In this document: positions 52,706 to 60,560 of the stretch, piece after piece
Layout of the letters: the number at the start of each line of letters is the position of its first letter
How positions within the stretch are numbered: position 1 is the first letter of the stretch
Origin: Candidatus Shapirobacteria bacterium
Lineage (GTDB): Bacteria; Patescibacteriota; Microgenomatia; VGLL01
Assembly: GCA_016866735.1 (NCBI GenBank)
Contig: VGLL01000001.1
Location: forward strand, 1 to 60,671
DNA: 60,671 nt
Direction of reading: 5' to 3'
Program-made: the position numbers and the translations under genes
The notes under the pieces: generated by a model
Told to the model about the DNA's origin: nothing
The model's input: only the letters and a program-made list of their open reading frames with translations
Database searches by the model: none

Positions 52706-52851
52706 TTACGCGCCAAAAGGTTTAAGTAATATAAAGTTTTACGAATAAAAATGATTAATAGCAAAAGTGATTTTGAGAAATCATATAAAAAGAGAGCGAA
52801 AATAGCCCTAGGCCTAAAGGTTTAAGTATAAAGTTAAAAAAATAGAATCGA

Positions 52852-53049
52852 ATGGAACGCACTTATTGTCCATGGTGTGTCGGGAAGGAGGAATCCCTAA
52901 AGCGTCAGGGAGCTGGTGAATCAGGCGGGATTTGTGAACGCCACCTTAGAGAGCTTTTGGGGGAGGAAAGATACGATCAATATCGCAAACAACATGCCGA
53001 AGGCCAGGCTTTACCAACAGGGGACGAAAGGAAAGAAAATCAGCCTTAA
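52852..53049 (+). CDS. 65-aa Cys/His-containing hypothetical protein (coding status uncertain)
   Basis: CPWC...CERH may bind metal. The ORF is visibly more GC-rich than the flanking A+T-rich DNA and is bracketed by imperfect direct repeats. Confidence 0.3.
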   Translation: MERTYCPWCVGKEESLKRQGAGESGGICERHLRELLGEERYDQYRKQHAEGQALPTGDERKENQP

Positions 53050-53103
53050 GCAGATTTAGAACCCTAGGCCCTAAGGATTTAAATGCCACTGTATACAAAT
53101 TAG

Positions 53104-53119
53104 TATACTGATCAGTATA
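53104..53119. promoter_or_regulatory. 16-bp perfect palindrome upstream of the transglutaminase-like gene
   Basis: TATACTGATCAGTATA is preceded by a related CTGTATAC element (53089-53096). Confidence 0.4.
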
Positions 53120-53195
53120 TGGATTTTAATGAGCGAGGGAGAATTGCCAGCCGAACTTTGCTAAATTTACTCCCCTTTTGCTAAACTGATGGTTA

Positions 53196-55052
53196 GTGAT
53201 TAGGCGAATTTTTTCCTCTTTAGTCTATTTGCTATTAGCGGTTATCTTCGGTTGTGTTTTAGCCCTTACTGGCCCACAATTTAATTTGGCCTATGCCGCC
53301 GGGGAGTTTGCCACGACTTATGATATTACCTATGAGGTAAATGAGCAGGGAAAGGCGGTGGTGGTTTCGGATATTTCGCTCATTAATAAGCTTTCCAATA
53401 TTTATGCCACCCAATACCAACTAACTTTGGAAAGGGGAGATATCAGCGGCATTTTAGCCTGGGACAATAAGGGGGCGATTAAGACCGAGGTGGAGAAACA
53501 GGACGAGGCAACGCTGATCCGCTTAAAATTTAACGACCAGATCGTCGGCGTTGGCAAAAACTTACGCTTTACCCTAAAATACGAAATTTCCGATTTTGCC
53601 AAAAAGAACGGTCAAATATGGGAGATCGCGGTTCCGAGAATTTTGGACTTAAAAGAAAGCGAGGTCGCGACGGTGGCCGTCAAGGTTCCTCTCTCTTTTG
53701 GCTCGCCCGCCTTTATTAGTCCTTTGCCAAATTCTACCTCGGAAACAAAATTCTTTCAGATATTAAATTTTAGTAAGGAGAGAATTGGCGATAAGCCGAT
53801 AATTATTGCCCTGGGGGAGTTTCAAATTTTCGACTTTAGCCTAACCTATCATCTCTCCAACTCCAAAGCTGCCCCCGTTTTTACTAAAATTGCCTTTCCC
53901 CCGGATACCAATTACCAGAAGATTGCTTATAACGGCATTCAGCCAAAACCAGAAAATATTGAAGTTGATGGCGACGGCAACTGGCTGGGCACCTATACGC
54001 TTTCTCCCCTGGAAAAAAAGATAGTTAGAGCCACCGGTAAGGTTAAAATTTGGGCTAATCCAAACACCGAGAGAGGAGCAAAACAAGATTTGAAAAAATA
54101 TTTGACACCCCAAAGTTATTGGGAGGTTGAAGATCCGGAGATTAAGAAACTGGCGGCATCGCTAAAGACACCGGAGGCGATATATAACTATGTGGTCGAC
54201 AATCTAAATTATGACTTTAGTAAGGTTGGTTTAAGCAACGAACGGTTGGGCGCGCAGGCCGTTCTAAAAAAGAAGAACAACGCCATTTGCCTGGAATTTA
54301 CTGATCTTTTCATTGCTCTGGCGCGGGCAGCGGGGATTCCCGCTCGGGAGCTAAACGGTTTTGCCTACACGGAAAACCCGAAGCTTAAGCCCTTAAGCGC
54401 CGCCACCGATATTTTGCATTCCTGGCCGGAGTTTTATGACACGAATAAAAGGCTTTGGGTACAGATTGATCCGACCTGGGGCAAGACTTCGGGTGTTGAT
54501 TTCTTTCACAAGCTTGATCTTTCTCACTTTGTTTTTGCCATTCATGGCGCTGATAGCCGTTATCCTCCCGCCGCCGGGTCTTACCGGGAAGAGAATGCCG
54601 TTGGTAAGGATATTAAGGTTAGTTTCGGAGAATATAAAGAGGAGAAAATTCCCGAAATCAATGTTATTTTTAATTTGCCTAAGGCTATATTCCCAGGACA
54701 AAATGTTTCCGGGAGTATCTTAGTAACAAATTTAGGCCCTGGAGCCCTCTATAACGTACCAATCAGCATCGAAAGCCGAAGCCTTTCACTTAGCTCACCT
54801 GTCGAGATGACGATTGAAAGCCTGGTTCCATTTGCCCAGAAGGAAATTCCGGTAAGTTTTAACAGGAGGATTTCCCTCAAGGCGGAAACAGCGAAAGTGG
54901 ATGTTTTGGTAAACGGGGAAAATTTTAGCTATAATTTACAGATTGAGCCAATCCTGTTTCAGTTGCTGCTAATATTATTAATCAGTGCGTCCCTTATTGT
55001 CATTATCGTCTTATCCGCAAAAGCCAGGCGTTTATCTCTTCCGCAACAGTAA
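53196..55052 (+). CDS. membrane-anchored transglutaminase-like (Cys-His-Asp) domain protein
   Basis: It has N- and C-terminal TM segments. The core is AICLEFTDLFIALARAAGIPARELNGFAY ... HSWPEFY ... WVQIDPTW (C, H, D). It has a GTG start. Confidence 0.75.
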   Translation: MIRRIFSSLVYLLLAVIFGCVLALTGPQFNLAYAAGEFATTYDITYEVNEQGKAVVVSDISLINKLSNIYATQYQLTLERGDISGILAWDNKGAIKTEVEKQDEATLIRLKFNDQIVGVGKNLRFTLKYEISDFAKKNGQIWEIAVPRILDLKESEVATVAVKVPLSFGSPAFISPLPNSTSETKFFQILNFSKERIGDKPIIIALGEFQIFDFSLTYHLSNSKAAPVFTKIAFPPDTNYQKIAYNGIQPKPENIEVDGDGNWLGTYTLSPLEKKIVRATGKVKIWANPNTERGAKQDLKKYLTPQSYWEVEDPEIKKLAASLKTPEAIYNYVVDNLNYDFSKVGLSNERLGAQAVLKKKNNAICLEFTDLFIALARAAGIPARELNGFAYTENPKLKPLSAATDILHSWPEFYDTNKRLWVQIDPTWGKTSGVDFFHKLDLSHFVFAIHGADSRYPPAAGSYREENAVGKDIKVSFGEYKEEKIPEINVIFNLPKAIFPGQNVSGSILVTNLGPGALYNVPISIESRSLSLSSPVEMTIESLVPFAQKEIPVSFNRRISLKAETAKVDVLVNGENFSYNLQIEPILFQLLLILLISASLIVIIVLSAKARRLSLPQQ

Positions 55053-56241
55053 CGGTAAGGTAATTTACGTCGGCAAGGCAATCAATCTTAGAAATAGAGT
55101 CAGCTCCTATTTTTCCGGCCTTGATCTTGGCCCGAAAACGCGCCTGCTTGTTTCCCAGATTGCTAAAATCGAGACTCGTCTGGTTGAGTCGGAGCTCGAG
55201 GCGCTTTTGCTGGAGGCCGCCCTAATTAAAAAGTATCAACCGAAATACAATATTAAGGCTAAAGACGATAAGAGCCCGCTATACATAAAGGTTACTCGAG
55301 AAAAAGTTCCCTTGGTGACTACCGCCCGCCAAATTGGAGACGGCTCTATTTTTGGCCCATTTCCGCAAGCCCGGACGGTCAAAATGGTTTTAAAGACTTT
55401 GCGCAGTATTTTTCCCTACCGGACCAGCAGGCACCACCAAAAAGGCAAATGCTTGTATTGCCACCTTGGCCTTTGCCCGGGGCCGCTTTTGTCTAATAAG
55501 GAAAAAAAGGAATACGGCCGCTCCGTCCGTCTGCTGCGCCAATTCCTAGGGGGACAAAAAAAGAGCGTCTTGCGGGCGCTTGAAAAAGAGATGAAGGCTG
55601 GCGCGAAGGCAGAGGATTTTGAAAAAGCAGCCCAAATTCGTGATCAAATATTGGCTATTAAAATTGTGACCAGCCCGCGGCGAAAAGTAAGCGACTATCT
55701 CAAAAATCCCAACTTAGTAGAAGATCAAAGGCGGCAAGAACTTAGAGAGTTAGAAAGCATTCTGGGGGTAGCCGTTAATACGATTGAGGGTTATGACGTT
55801 TCCAACCTTGTCGGTAAGCAAGCTACGGGAGCAATGGTCACTTTTTCTGCCGGCGAACCGGTAAAAAGCCTATATCGACGGTTTCGCATAAAATTTTCCG
55901 CGCGACCTAACGACTTAGTTATGATCAGCGAAGTTTTGAAAAGAAGATTGGCCCATTCCGGGTGGCCACTTCCTGATTTAATTTTAGTTGACGGAGGAAA
56001 AGCCCAGGTTAAAATCGGCTTAGCGGTTTTAAAAGAACATAATTTTCAAATTCCCGCGATTGGCTTAGCGAAGAGAATGGAGGAAGTCGTTATTTTTAGA
56101 GAAAAGGAAAAGGCATGGGTGGTGAGGCGCTTACCCCAAGATTCACCTGCCCGGAAACTTTTAGAACGCGTCCGTGATGAAGCGCACCGTTTTGCCCGAA
56201 CCTACCATTTGCTTTTAAGGAAAAAAATGAGTATGCTTTAG
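54985..56241 (+). CDS. uvrC: excinuclease ABC subunit C, short form lacking the C-terminal (HhH)2 domain
   Basis: GIY-YIG (KPGVYLFRNSNGKVIYVGKAINLRNRVSSYF), a Cys motif (CLYCHLGLCPGP), a UVR domain (EDFEKAAQIRDQILAI) and an endonuclease domain (IEGYDVSN, LVDGGKAQ, GLAKR, VRDEAHRFA). It ends 13 aa after the last motif. It overlaps the upstream gene by 68 nt if the GTG at 54985 is used. Confidence 0.85.
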   Translation: MRPLLSLSSYPQKPGVYLFRNSNGKVIYVGKAINLRNRVSSYFSGLDLGPKTRLLVSQIAKIETRLVESELEALLLEAALIKKYQPKYNIKAKDDKSPLYIKVTREKVPLVTTARQIGDGSIFGPFPQARTVKMVLKTLRSIFPYRTSRHHQKGKCLYCHLGLCPGPLLSNKEKKEYGRSVRLLRQFLGGQKKSVLRALEKEMKAGAKAEDFEKAAQIRDQILAIKIVTSPRRKVSDYLKNPNLVEDQRRQELRELESILGVAVNTIEGYDVSNLVGKQATGAMVTFSAGEPVKSLYRRFRIKFSARPNDLVMISEVLKRRLAHSGWPLPDLILVDGGKAQVKIGLAVLKEHNFQIPAIGLAKRMEEVVIFREKEKAWVVRRLPQDSPARKLLERVRDEAHRFARTYHLLLRKKMSML

Positions 56242-56244
56242 CAA

Positions 56245-56646
56245 GTGAAATCAATAATCCGCTCACTCGCGATTAATTTTTTTACCATTTGGTTTTTTAG
56301 CCAAGTATACCCCGGGGTTAAAATTGAGGGCGGTTACCTAACTATTTTCTGGGCGGCCGTTGCCTTTGGCCTGCTTAACCTCATCGTCAGACCAGTCTTG
56401 AGCCTGCTGCTTTTGCCCATTAACCTTCTTACCTTAGGCGCATTCCGTTTCGTCATCGGGGTAATTATTCTTTTTCTTCTCGCCGTTATTGTACCCGGCT
56501 TTTCCCTGCAATCCTTTTCCTTCGGCGGGTTTTCCAATAGCGGCATTGTTCTTCCCGCCGCCCATATCTCTCTCCTCTGGTCTTATGTCATCGGATCGTT
56601 TATAATTAGCATCATCAACTCTTTTATCGTATGGCTTTTACAATAA
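56245..56646 (+). CDS. YvlD/DUF360 (phage holin family 4-like) membrane protein
   Basis: Four TM segments, with GLLNLIVRPVLSLLLLPINLLTLGAFRFVIGVIILFL, the typical LPi..lTLGlF signature. Confidence 0.65.
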   Translation: MKSIIRSLAINFFTIWFFSQVYPGVKIEGGYLTIFWAAVAFGLLNLIVRPVLSLLLLPINLLTLGAFRFVIGVIILFLLAVIVPGFSLQSFSFGGFSNSGIVLPAAHISLLWSYVIGSFIISIINSFIVWLLQ

Positions 56647-56861
56647 AGGACATCCTAACCATCATTCAAATCGTCATTTCCCTCTTGCTTATCGTGGTGA
56701 TTCTGTTGCAGGCGCAGGGAGAAGGCCTGGGGGTGTTGGGCGGCCAGGGAGGCGAATTTTTTCAATCCAAAAGAGGAATTGAGAAACTTCTTTTTCGGAC
56801 CACCATTGTCCTGGCCAGCCTTTTCTTTGTTTCTTCCATCATCCAGCTTCTAATCAAGTAG
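56631..56861 (+). CDS. secG: preprotein translocase subunit SecG
   Basis: It has two TM segments, and IVVILLQAQGEGLGVLGG is the SecG hallmark. Confidence 0.8.
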   Translation: MAFTIKDILTIIQIVISLLLIVVILLQAQGEGLGVLGGQGGEFFQSKRGIEKLLFRTTIVLASLFFVSSIIQLLIK

Positions 56862-56862
56862 A

Positions 56863-58221
56863 ATGGCGGTTTTTATGAAGAAAGCAAGATTTGTCTTTAG
56901 GTTATTTTTTGCCTTCGTAAAACAGCACTTCAACCTGATTGCTCTTGGTTTTCTGGTGGGCTTAGCTACATTTTTTTCCTTAAGCACTTTTCGGAAACAT
57001 TTGCCGCAGAAAAAACTCGTAAAAATAGGCATTGTCGGCCAGTTTACGGCAGAAGAGCCGCCCCCAGAGATTAGCCAGCTTTTGTCCCGCGGCCTGACGA
57101 GGCTTTTGCCTGACGGTACCGCGACGGGCTCTTTAGCCTTGGATTGGGAAGTTTTGGACCAGGGCAAAACTTATAAATTCTTTCTTCGCGACGACGCTTT
57201 TTGGCATGACGGAAAAAGAGTTACGGCCAAGGACATAGCTTACGATTTTAAAAATGCCCTGGTAGAGCCTGCGGGAGATTTCCAAGTTAAGGTTAGCCTC
57301 AAAGAGCCTTTTTCTCCTCTTCCGGTGGTGCTTTCCCGGCCCGTTTTCAGGAAGGGCAATCTGGGTAACGGAACTTATCGGACCAAAAAAATAGAGAGAA
57401 CGGGAAGGTTTCTAAGGCGCCTTGATCTTGCTCCGGCGAAAGAGGGTCTGGCCAGCTTAAGTTTTCGCTTTTATCCCACTGAAGAATCCGCCAAAATCGG
57501 TTTTAAGCTTGGCGAAGCTGATATTTTGCAGAGCATGAGCGATCCGGGCGAACTGGCCAATTATAGGGGGGTAAGAATTAGGTCGGAGATTCGGCAAAAC
57601 CAATACTCGGCGATTTTTTTTAATACCAAGAAGGCCGGACTAGAAGTAAAAAGTTTTCGTCAAGCCCTGGCTTACGCGCTCAAAAAAGAGAAGGGGGCCA
57701 TAAGGGCCATTACTCCCATCAGCGGCCTATCCTGGGCCTTTAACGCCAACGTCAAACCTTACGAGCAGGATCTGGGTTGGGCGAAGAAAATGATCGAGAA
57801 GGAACGCCCAACTGACAATATCGAGCTCTCCGTGTTTCCCTCTTTGATTCCCTTAAGCAACGAGGTGGTGAAAGATTGGGAGGCGCTAGGGGTAAGAACA
57901 GACATAAAGGTGACCAACTCTGTGCCTGAAGACTTTCAGGCTCTACTTGCGACCTGGGAAATACCGCCGGATCCTGATCAATACTCATTTTGGCATTCCA
58001 CTCAAACGGGAAACCTGACCGGCTTGGTCAACCCCCGAATTGATAAGCTTCTAGAGGAAGGGCGCAAGATTGCCGAGCGAGCCGACAGGCGGTCTCTTTA
58101 TTTAGATTTTCAAAAATTCTTAGTTGAGGAATGCCCCGCTGTTTTTCTGCGCCACCCCCTGCTTTACACCATAAGCCGTGAGGGATTACCCGAGGAACTT
58201 GACAAGAATTTAGAGTTATGA
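56863..58221 (+). CDS. ABC-transporter family-5 solute-binding protein-like (peptide/nickel type), membrane anchored
   Basis: YKFFLRDDAFWHDGKRVTAKDIAYDF matches the SBP_bac_5 signature region. It has an N-terminal TM anchor. No permease or ATPase genes are adjacent. Confidence 0.6.
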   Translation: MAVFMKKARFVFRLFFAFVKQHFNLIALGFLVGLATFFSLSTFRKHLPQKKLVKIGIVGQFTAEEPPPEISQLLSRGLTRLLPDGTATGSLALDWEVLDQGKTYKFFLRDDAFWHDGKRVTAKDIAYDFKNALVEPAGDFQVKVSLKEPFSPLPVVLSRPVFRKGNLGNGTYRTKKIERTGRFLRRLDLAPAKEGLASLSFRFYPTEESAKIGFKLGEADILQSMSDPGELANYRGVRIRSEIRQNQYSAIFFNTKKAGLEVKSFRQALAYALKKEKGAIRAITPISGLSWAFNANVKPYEQDLGWAKKMIEKERPTDNIELSVFPSLIPLSNEVVKDWEALGVRTDIKVTNSVPEDFQALLATWEIPPDPDQYSFWHSTQTGNLTGLVNPRIDKLLEEGRKIAERADRRSLYLDFQKFLVEECPAVFLRHPLLYTISREGLPEELDKNLEL

Positions 58222-58234
58222 CAATATTTAAGTA

Positions 58235-58807
58235 TTGACTGTGAATCATAAGCTTGTCCGGAAAATATCATTGTGCCTTTTCTTTTTTACCCTGGCGCCG
58301 CTAATTTTGGCCTTGAGTTTGCTTTCCCTGCGCGGCGGGAAAAAGCAATTTGGGGTGATTGCCCCTTCTCTCTACGCGGCGGTTCCGGAGTCAGCCGGTC
58401 AGGTTAGCGGGGTTTTTGCCACCGATGATGCTCGTCCGGTAATGGTGAGAAAATATTTGGAAAAATATAACTCGCCCCTTTTGCCTTATGCCAAGCTCAT
58501 CCTTAGTCTTTCAGAAAAATATCAGGTTGACTTTCGTTTGCCTCTGGCGATTGCCCAATGCGAGTCTAATGTCTGCAAGAAGATTCCCGAAGATTCCTTC
58601 AATTGCTGGGGCTTCGAGAATGGCGCCACCAAATTTAATTCCTGGGAACATGCCCTGGAGAGAGTCTTTGCCACCCTAAAGACCGGCTATATCGATAAGG
58701 GCTTGGTTACCCCCGAACAGATTATGCCCAAATATGCCCCGCCAAGCGTCGAGAAGGGTGGGCCTTGGGCCAAATGCGTCAGCCAATTTTTAAAGGAAAT
58801 GGAGTAA
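58235..58807 (+). CDS. membrane-anchored putative muramidase/glucosaminidase-like protein
   Basis: It has an N-terminal TM segment. LAIAQCESN...NCWGFENGATKFNSWEHALE resembles lysozyme-like or glucosaminidase catalytic regions. The match is weak. Confidence 0.35.
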   Translation: MTVNHKLVRKISLCLFFFTLAPLILALSLLSLRGGKKQFGVIAPSLYAAVPESAGQVSGVFATDDARPVMVRKYLEKYNSPLLPYAKLILSLSEKYQVDFRLPLAIAQCESNVCKKIPEDSFNCWGFENGATKFNSWEHALERVFATLKTGYIDKGLVTPEQIMPKYAPPSVEKGGPWAKCVSQFLKEME

Positions 58808-59553
58808 TGAATAGTGGTTATGACAAGTTTGATTACCCGGAATATTGGGTAGGCAGAGAGTATGAAGACGGGGCGGAAAAAATTGCTTTAAGAAAACTTT
58901 TCTCTTTAATTCCCCAAAGAGAATCCCTTATTGACATCGGTGCCGGTTTTGGCCGACACGCGCCGGCCTATGCGCCATTATTCAGAAAATGCCTTTTAGT
59001 TGATCCTGCTAAAGAGCTTCTGGGGTTGGCAAAAAATGAGCTTTCGTCTTTTGGTAATTTGGAATATGTGGTTGGCGGGGGACAAAAAATTCCTGCCCCA
59101 AGCGAGTCGTTTTCCGCCGCTCTTTTAATTAGAGTCATCCATCATTTAGAAAAACCTGAAGAAACTTTTGCCGAAATTAAGCGAATTTTAAAACCCGGCG
59201 GTTATTTCGTTTTGGAATTTGCCAACAAACTTCATTTTTTGGCTCGAATAAGGGCGTATCTTCGCGGCAATTTCGATTTTGCAGAGGAGATTGGCCCGAT
59301 TGAGCAGCGAAGCCGGGATGAAGATATTCACTTCTTAAACTATCACCCCCTGATGATTAAAAATTTGCTTGGCCAATCAGGGTTTAGCGTTGTTAAAACT
59401 CTCTCCGTTTCCAATTTTCGCTTTTCCCTGTTAAAGAAAGCAATTCCTTTAGGCGCGCTGCTTCATTTAGAAAAGACTTTTCAGAAGCCACTGGCGCGAA
59501 ACTATTTTGGCCCGAGCATCTTCTTTTTAGCCCATAAAAAAATCCCAGAGTAG
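58807..59553 (+). CDS. class I SAM-dependent methyltransferase
   Basis: LIDIGAGFGRH (motif I) and LKPGGYFVLEF. The start is set at the ATG at 58807, which abuts the upstream stop. Confidence 0.75.
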   Translation: MNSGYDKFDYPEYWVGREYEDGAEKIALRKLFSLIPQRESLIDIGAGFGRHAPAYAPLFRKCLLVDPAKELLGLAKNELSSFGNLEYVVGGGQKIPAPSESFSAALLIRVIHHLEKPEETFAEIKRILKPGGYFVLEFANKLHFLARIRAYLRGNFDFAEEIGPIEQRSRDEDIHFLNYHPLMIKNLLGQSGFSVVKTLSVSNFRFSLLKKAIPLGALLHLEKTFQKPLARNYFGPSIFFLAHKKIPE

Positions 59554-59679
59554 GCCTTTTACGGCAACCCCAGGATCTAGTCGGTATTATAACACAGTCT
59601 TATAGTCTTGTCAAGTCCCGCGTTATGGGTTGGCTTGAATCTTTGTTTGGCTCTTGTTATACTCATAACTAGTAAGCTT

Positions 59680-59761
59680 GCCAGGGTGGTGAAACTGGTA
59701 GACACGCTAGGTTTAGGACCTAGTGCCGTAAGGCTTGCAGGTCCGAGTCCTGTCCCTGGCA
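59680..59761 (+). tRNA. tRNA-Leu (anticodon TAG), class II with a long variable arm
   Basis: GCCAGGG-TG-GTGAAACTGGTAGACACG-CTAGG-TTTAGGA-CCTAG-TGCCGTAAGGCT-TGCAGG-TCCGAGT-CCTGT-CCCTGGC-A. Confidence 0.9.
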
Positions 59762-59763
59762 CA

Positions 59764-60021
59764 GTGTATTTTCTCTATATTTTAAGAAGTCTTAAGGACG
59801 GAAAGCTGTATATTGGCGTTACGAATAACATAGATAAGCGCCTTAAGCAGCATAATAATGGAAACACAAAATCCACTAAATTTCGCAGACCATTTATTTT
59901 GCTGTATAAAGAGTCCTTCAGTACGAGGAGTGAGGCAATGAAAAGGGAGTGGCATTTTAAGAATACTGGGGAAGGAAATAAGTTAATGAGGGTGCTTATT
60001 GATGACGCAAAATTCGCTTAA
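59764..60021 (+). CDS. small GIY-YIG nuclease-superfamily protein (YhbQ/UPF0213-like)
   Basis: VYFLYILRSLKDGKLYIGVTNNIDKRLKQHNNG...SRSEAMKREWHFK. The GTG start lies 2 nt after the tRNA-Leu 3' end. The upstream part of the track ORF overlaps the tRNA and was rejected. Confidence 0.75.
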   Translation: MYFLYILRSLKDGKLYIGVTNNIDKRLKQHNNGNTKSTKFRRPFILLYKESFSTRSEAMKREWHFKNTGEGNKLMRVLIDDAKFA

Positions 60022-60029
60022 GGTGTAGA

Positions 60030-60069
60030 GGCCCTGAGAGGGTGCCTTCGGCCCTGAGAGGGTGCCTTC
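60030..60069 (+). repeat. perfect tandem duplication of a 20-bp unit
   Basis: GGCCCTGAGAGGGTGCCTTC occurs twice in tandem. Each unit contains the hairpin CCCT-GAG-AGGG. Confidence 0.9.
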
Positions 60070-60097
60070 GGCGCATTCGAGTCCTCTCTGCGGCACA
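60062..60097 (+). other. remnant resembling the 3' third of a class II tRNA (variable arm, T-loop and acceptor)
   Basis: GTGCCTTCGGCGCATTCGAGTCCTCTCTGCGGCACA compares with the tRNA-Leu 3' part GTGCCGTAAGGCTTGCAGGTCCGAGTCCTGTCCCTGGCACA. The two share GTGCC, TCGAGTCCT/TCCGAGTCCT and GGCACA. No matching 5' half was found. Confidence 0.4.
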
Positions 60098-60146
60098 ATC
60101 TACCTGAAGCAAAGGATTTATATTTAAATAAATCAATGAATTTGTT

Positions 60147-60560
60147 ATGATTAAATGTCAGAAGCAAATGATGGGAGATTCAAGCATAGCTAATTACTGG
60201 AAAAATAGCGCAACCGATGCCCTTGATACAGCTGATAAGCTTTTTGCGTCTAAAAAGTATCATCACTCTTTATTTTTTCTTCATTTAGCAGTAGAAAAAT
60301 TACTCAAAGCGATTTATGTTCAACGTAAAAACGAAGCGGCGCCCGTTGGTCATGATTTAATACGACTGGCCGAAAAGGCAAAAATTGCACTAGACGAAAA
60401 AATGATGCGCGAGTTGGCAGAGATTTCTACTTTTAATGTTGCTGCCCGATATGATGATTATAAATTTAAGTTCTATAAGAAGGCTACCTACGAATTTACT
60501 CTCAAGTGGCAGGAAATTGGCAAGCGCTTATTTAAACAATTTTCATTATTAAATCCATGA
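60147..60560 (+). CDS. HEPN domain protein (toxin-like partner of the downstream nucleotidyltransferase)
   Basis: HHSLFFLHLAVEKLLKAIYV....GHDLIRLAEKA matches the HEPN (PF05168-type) helices. Its stop overlaps the next ATG. Confidence 0.7.
   Translation: MIKCQKQMMGDSSIANYWKNSATDALDTADKLFASKKYHHSLFFLHLAVEKLLKAIYVQRKNEAAPVGHDLIRLAEKAKIALDEKMMRELAEISTFNVAARYDDYKFKFYKKATYEFTLKWQEIGKRLFKQFSLLNP

Noticed and set aside
59608-59763. Upstream half of the 137-aa ORF that would fuse extra residues to the GIY-YIG protein.
   Set aside because: This part is the tRNA-Leu(TAG) gene and its promoter region. The conserved GIY-YIG domain begins at the GTG at 59764.
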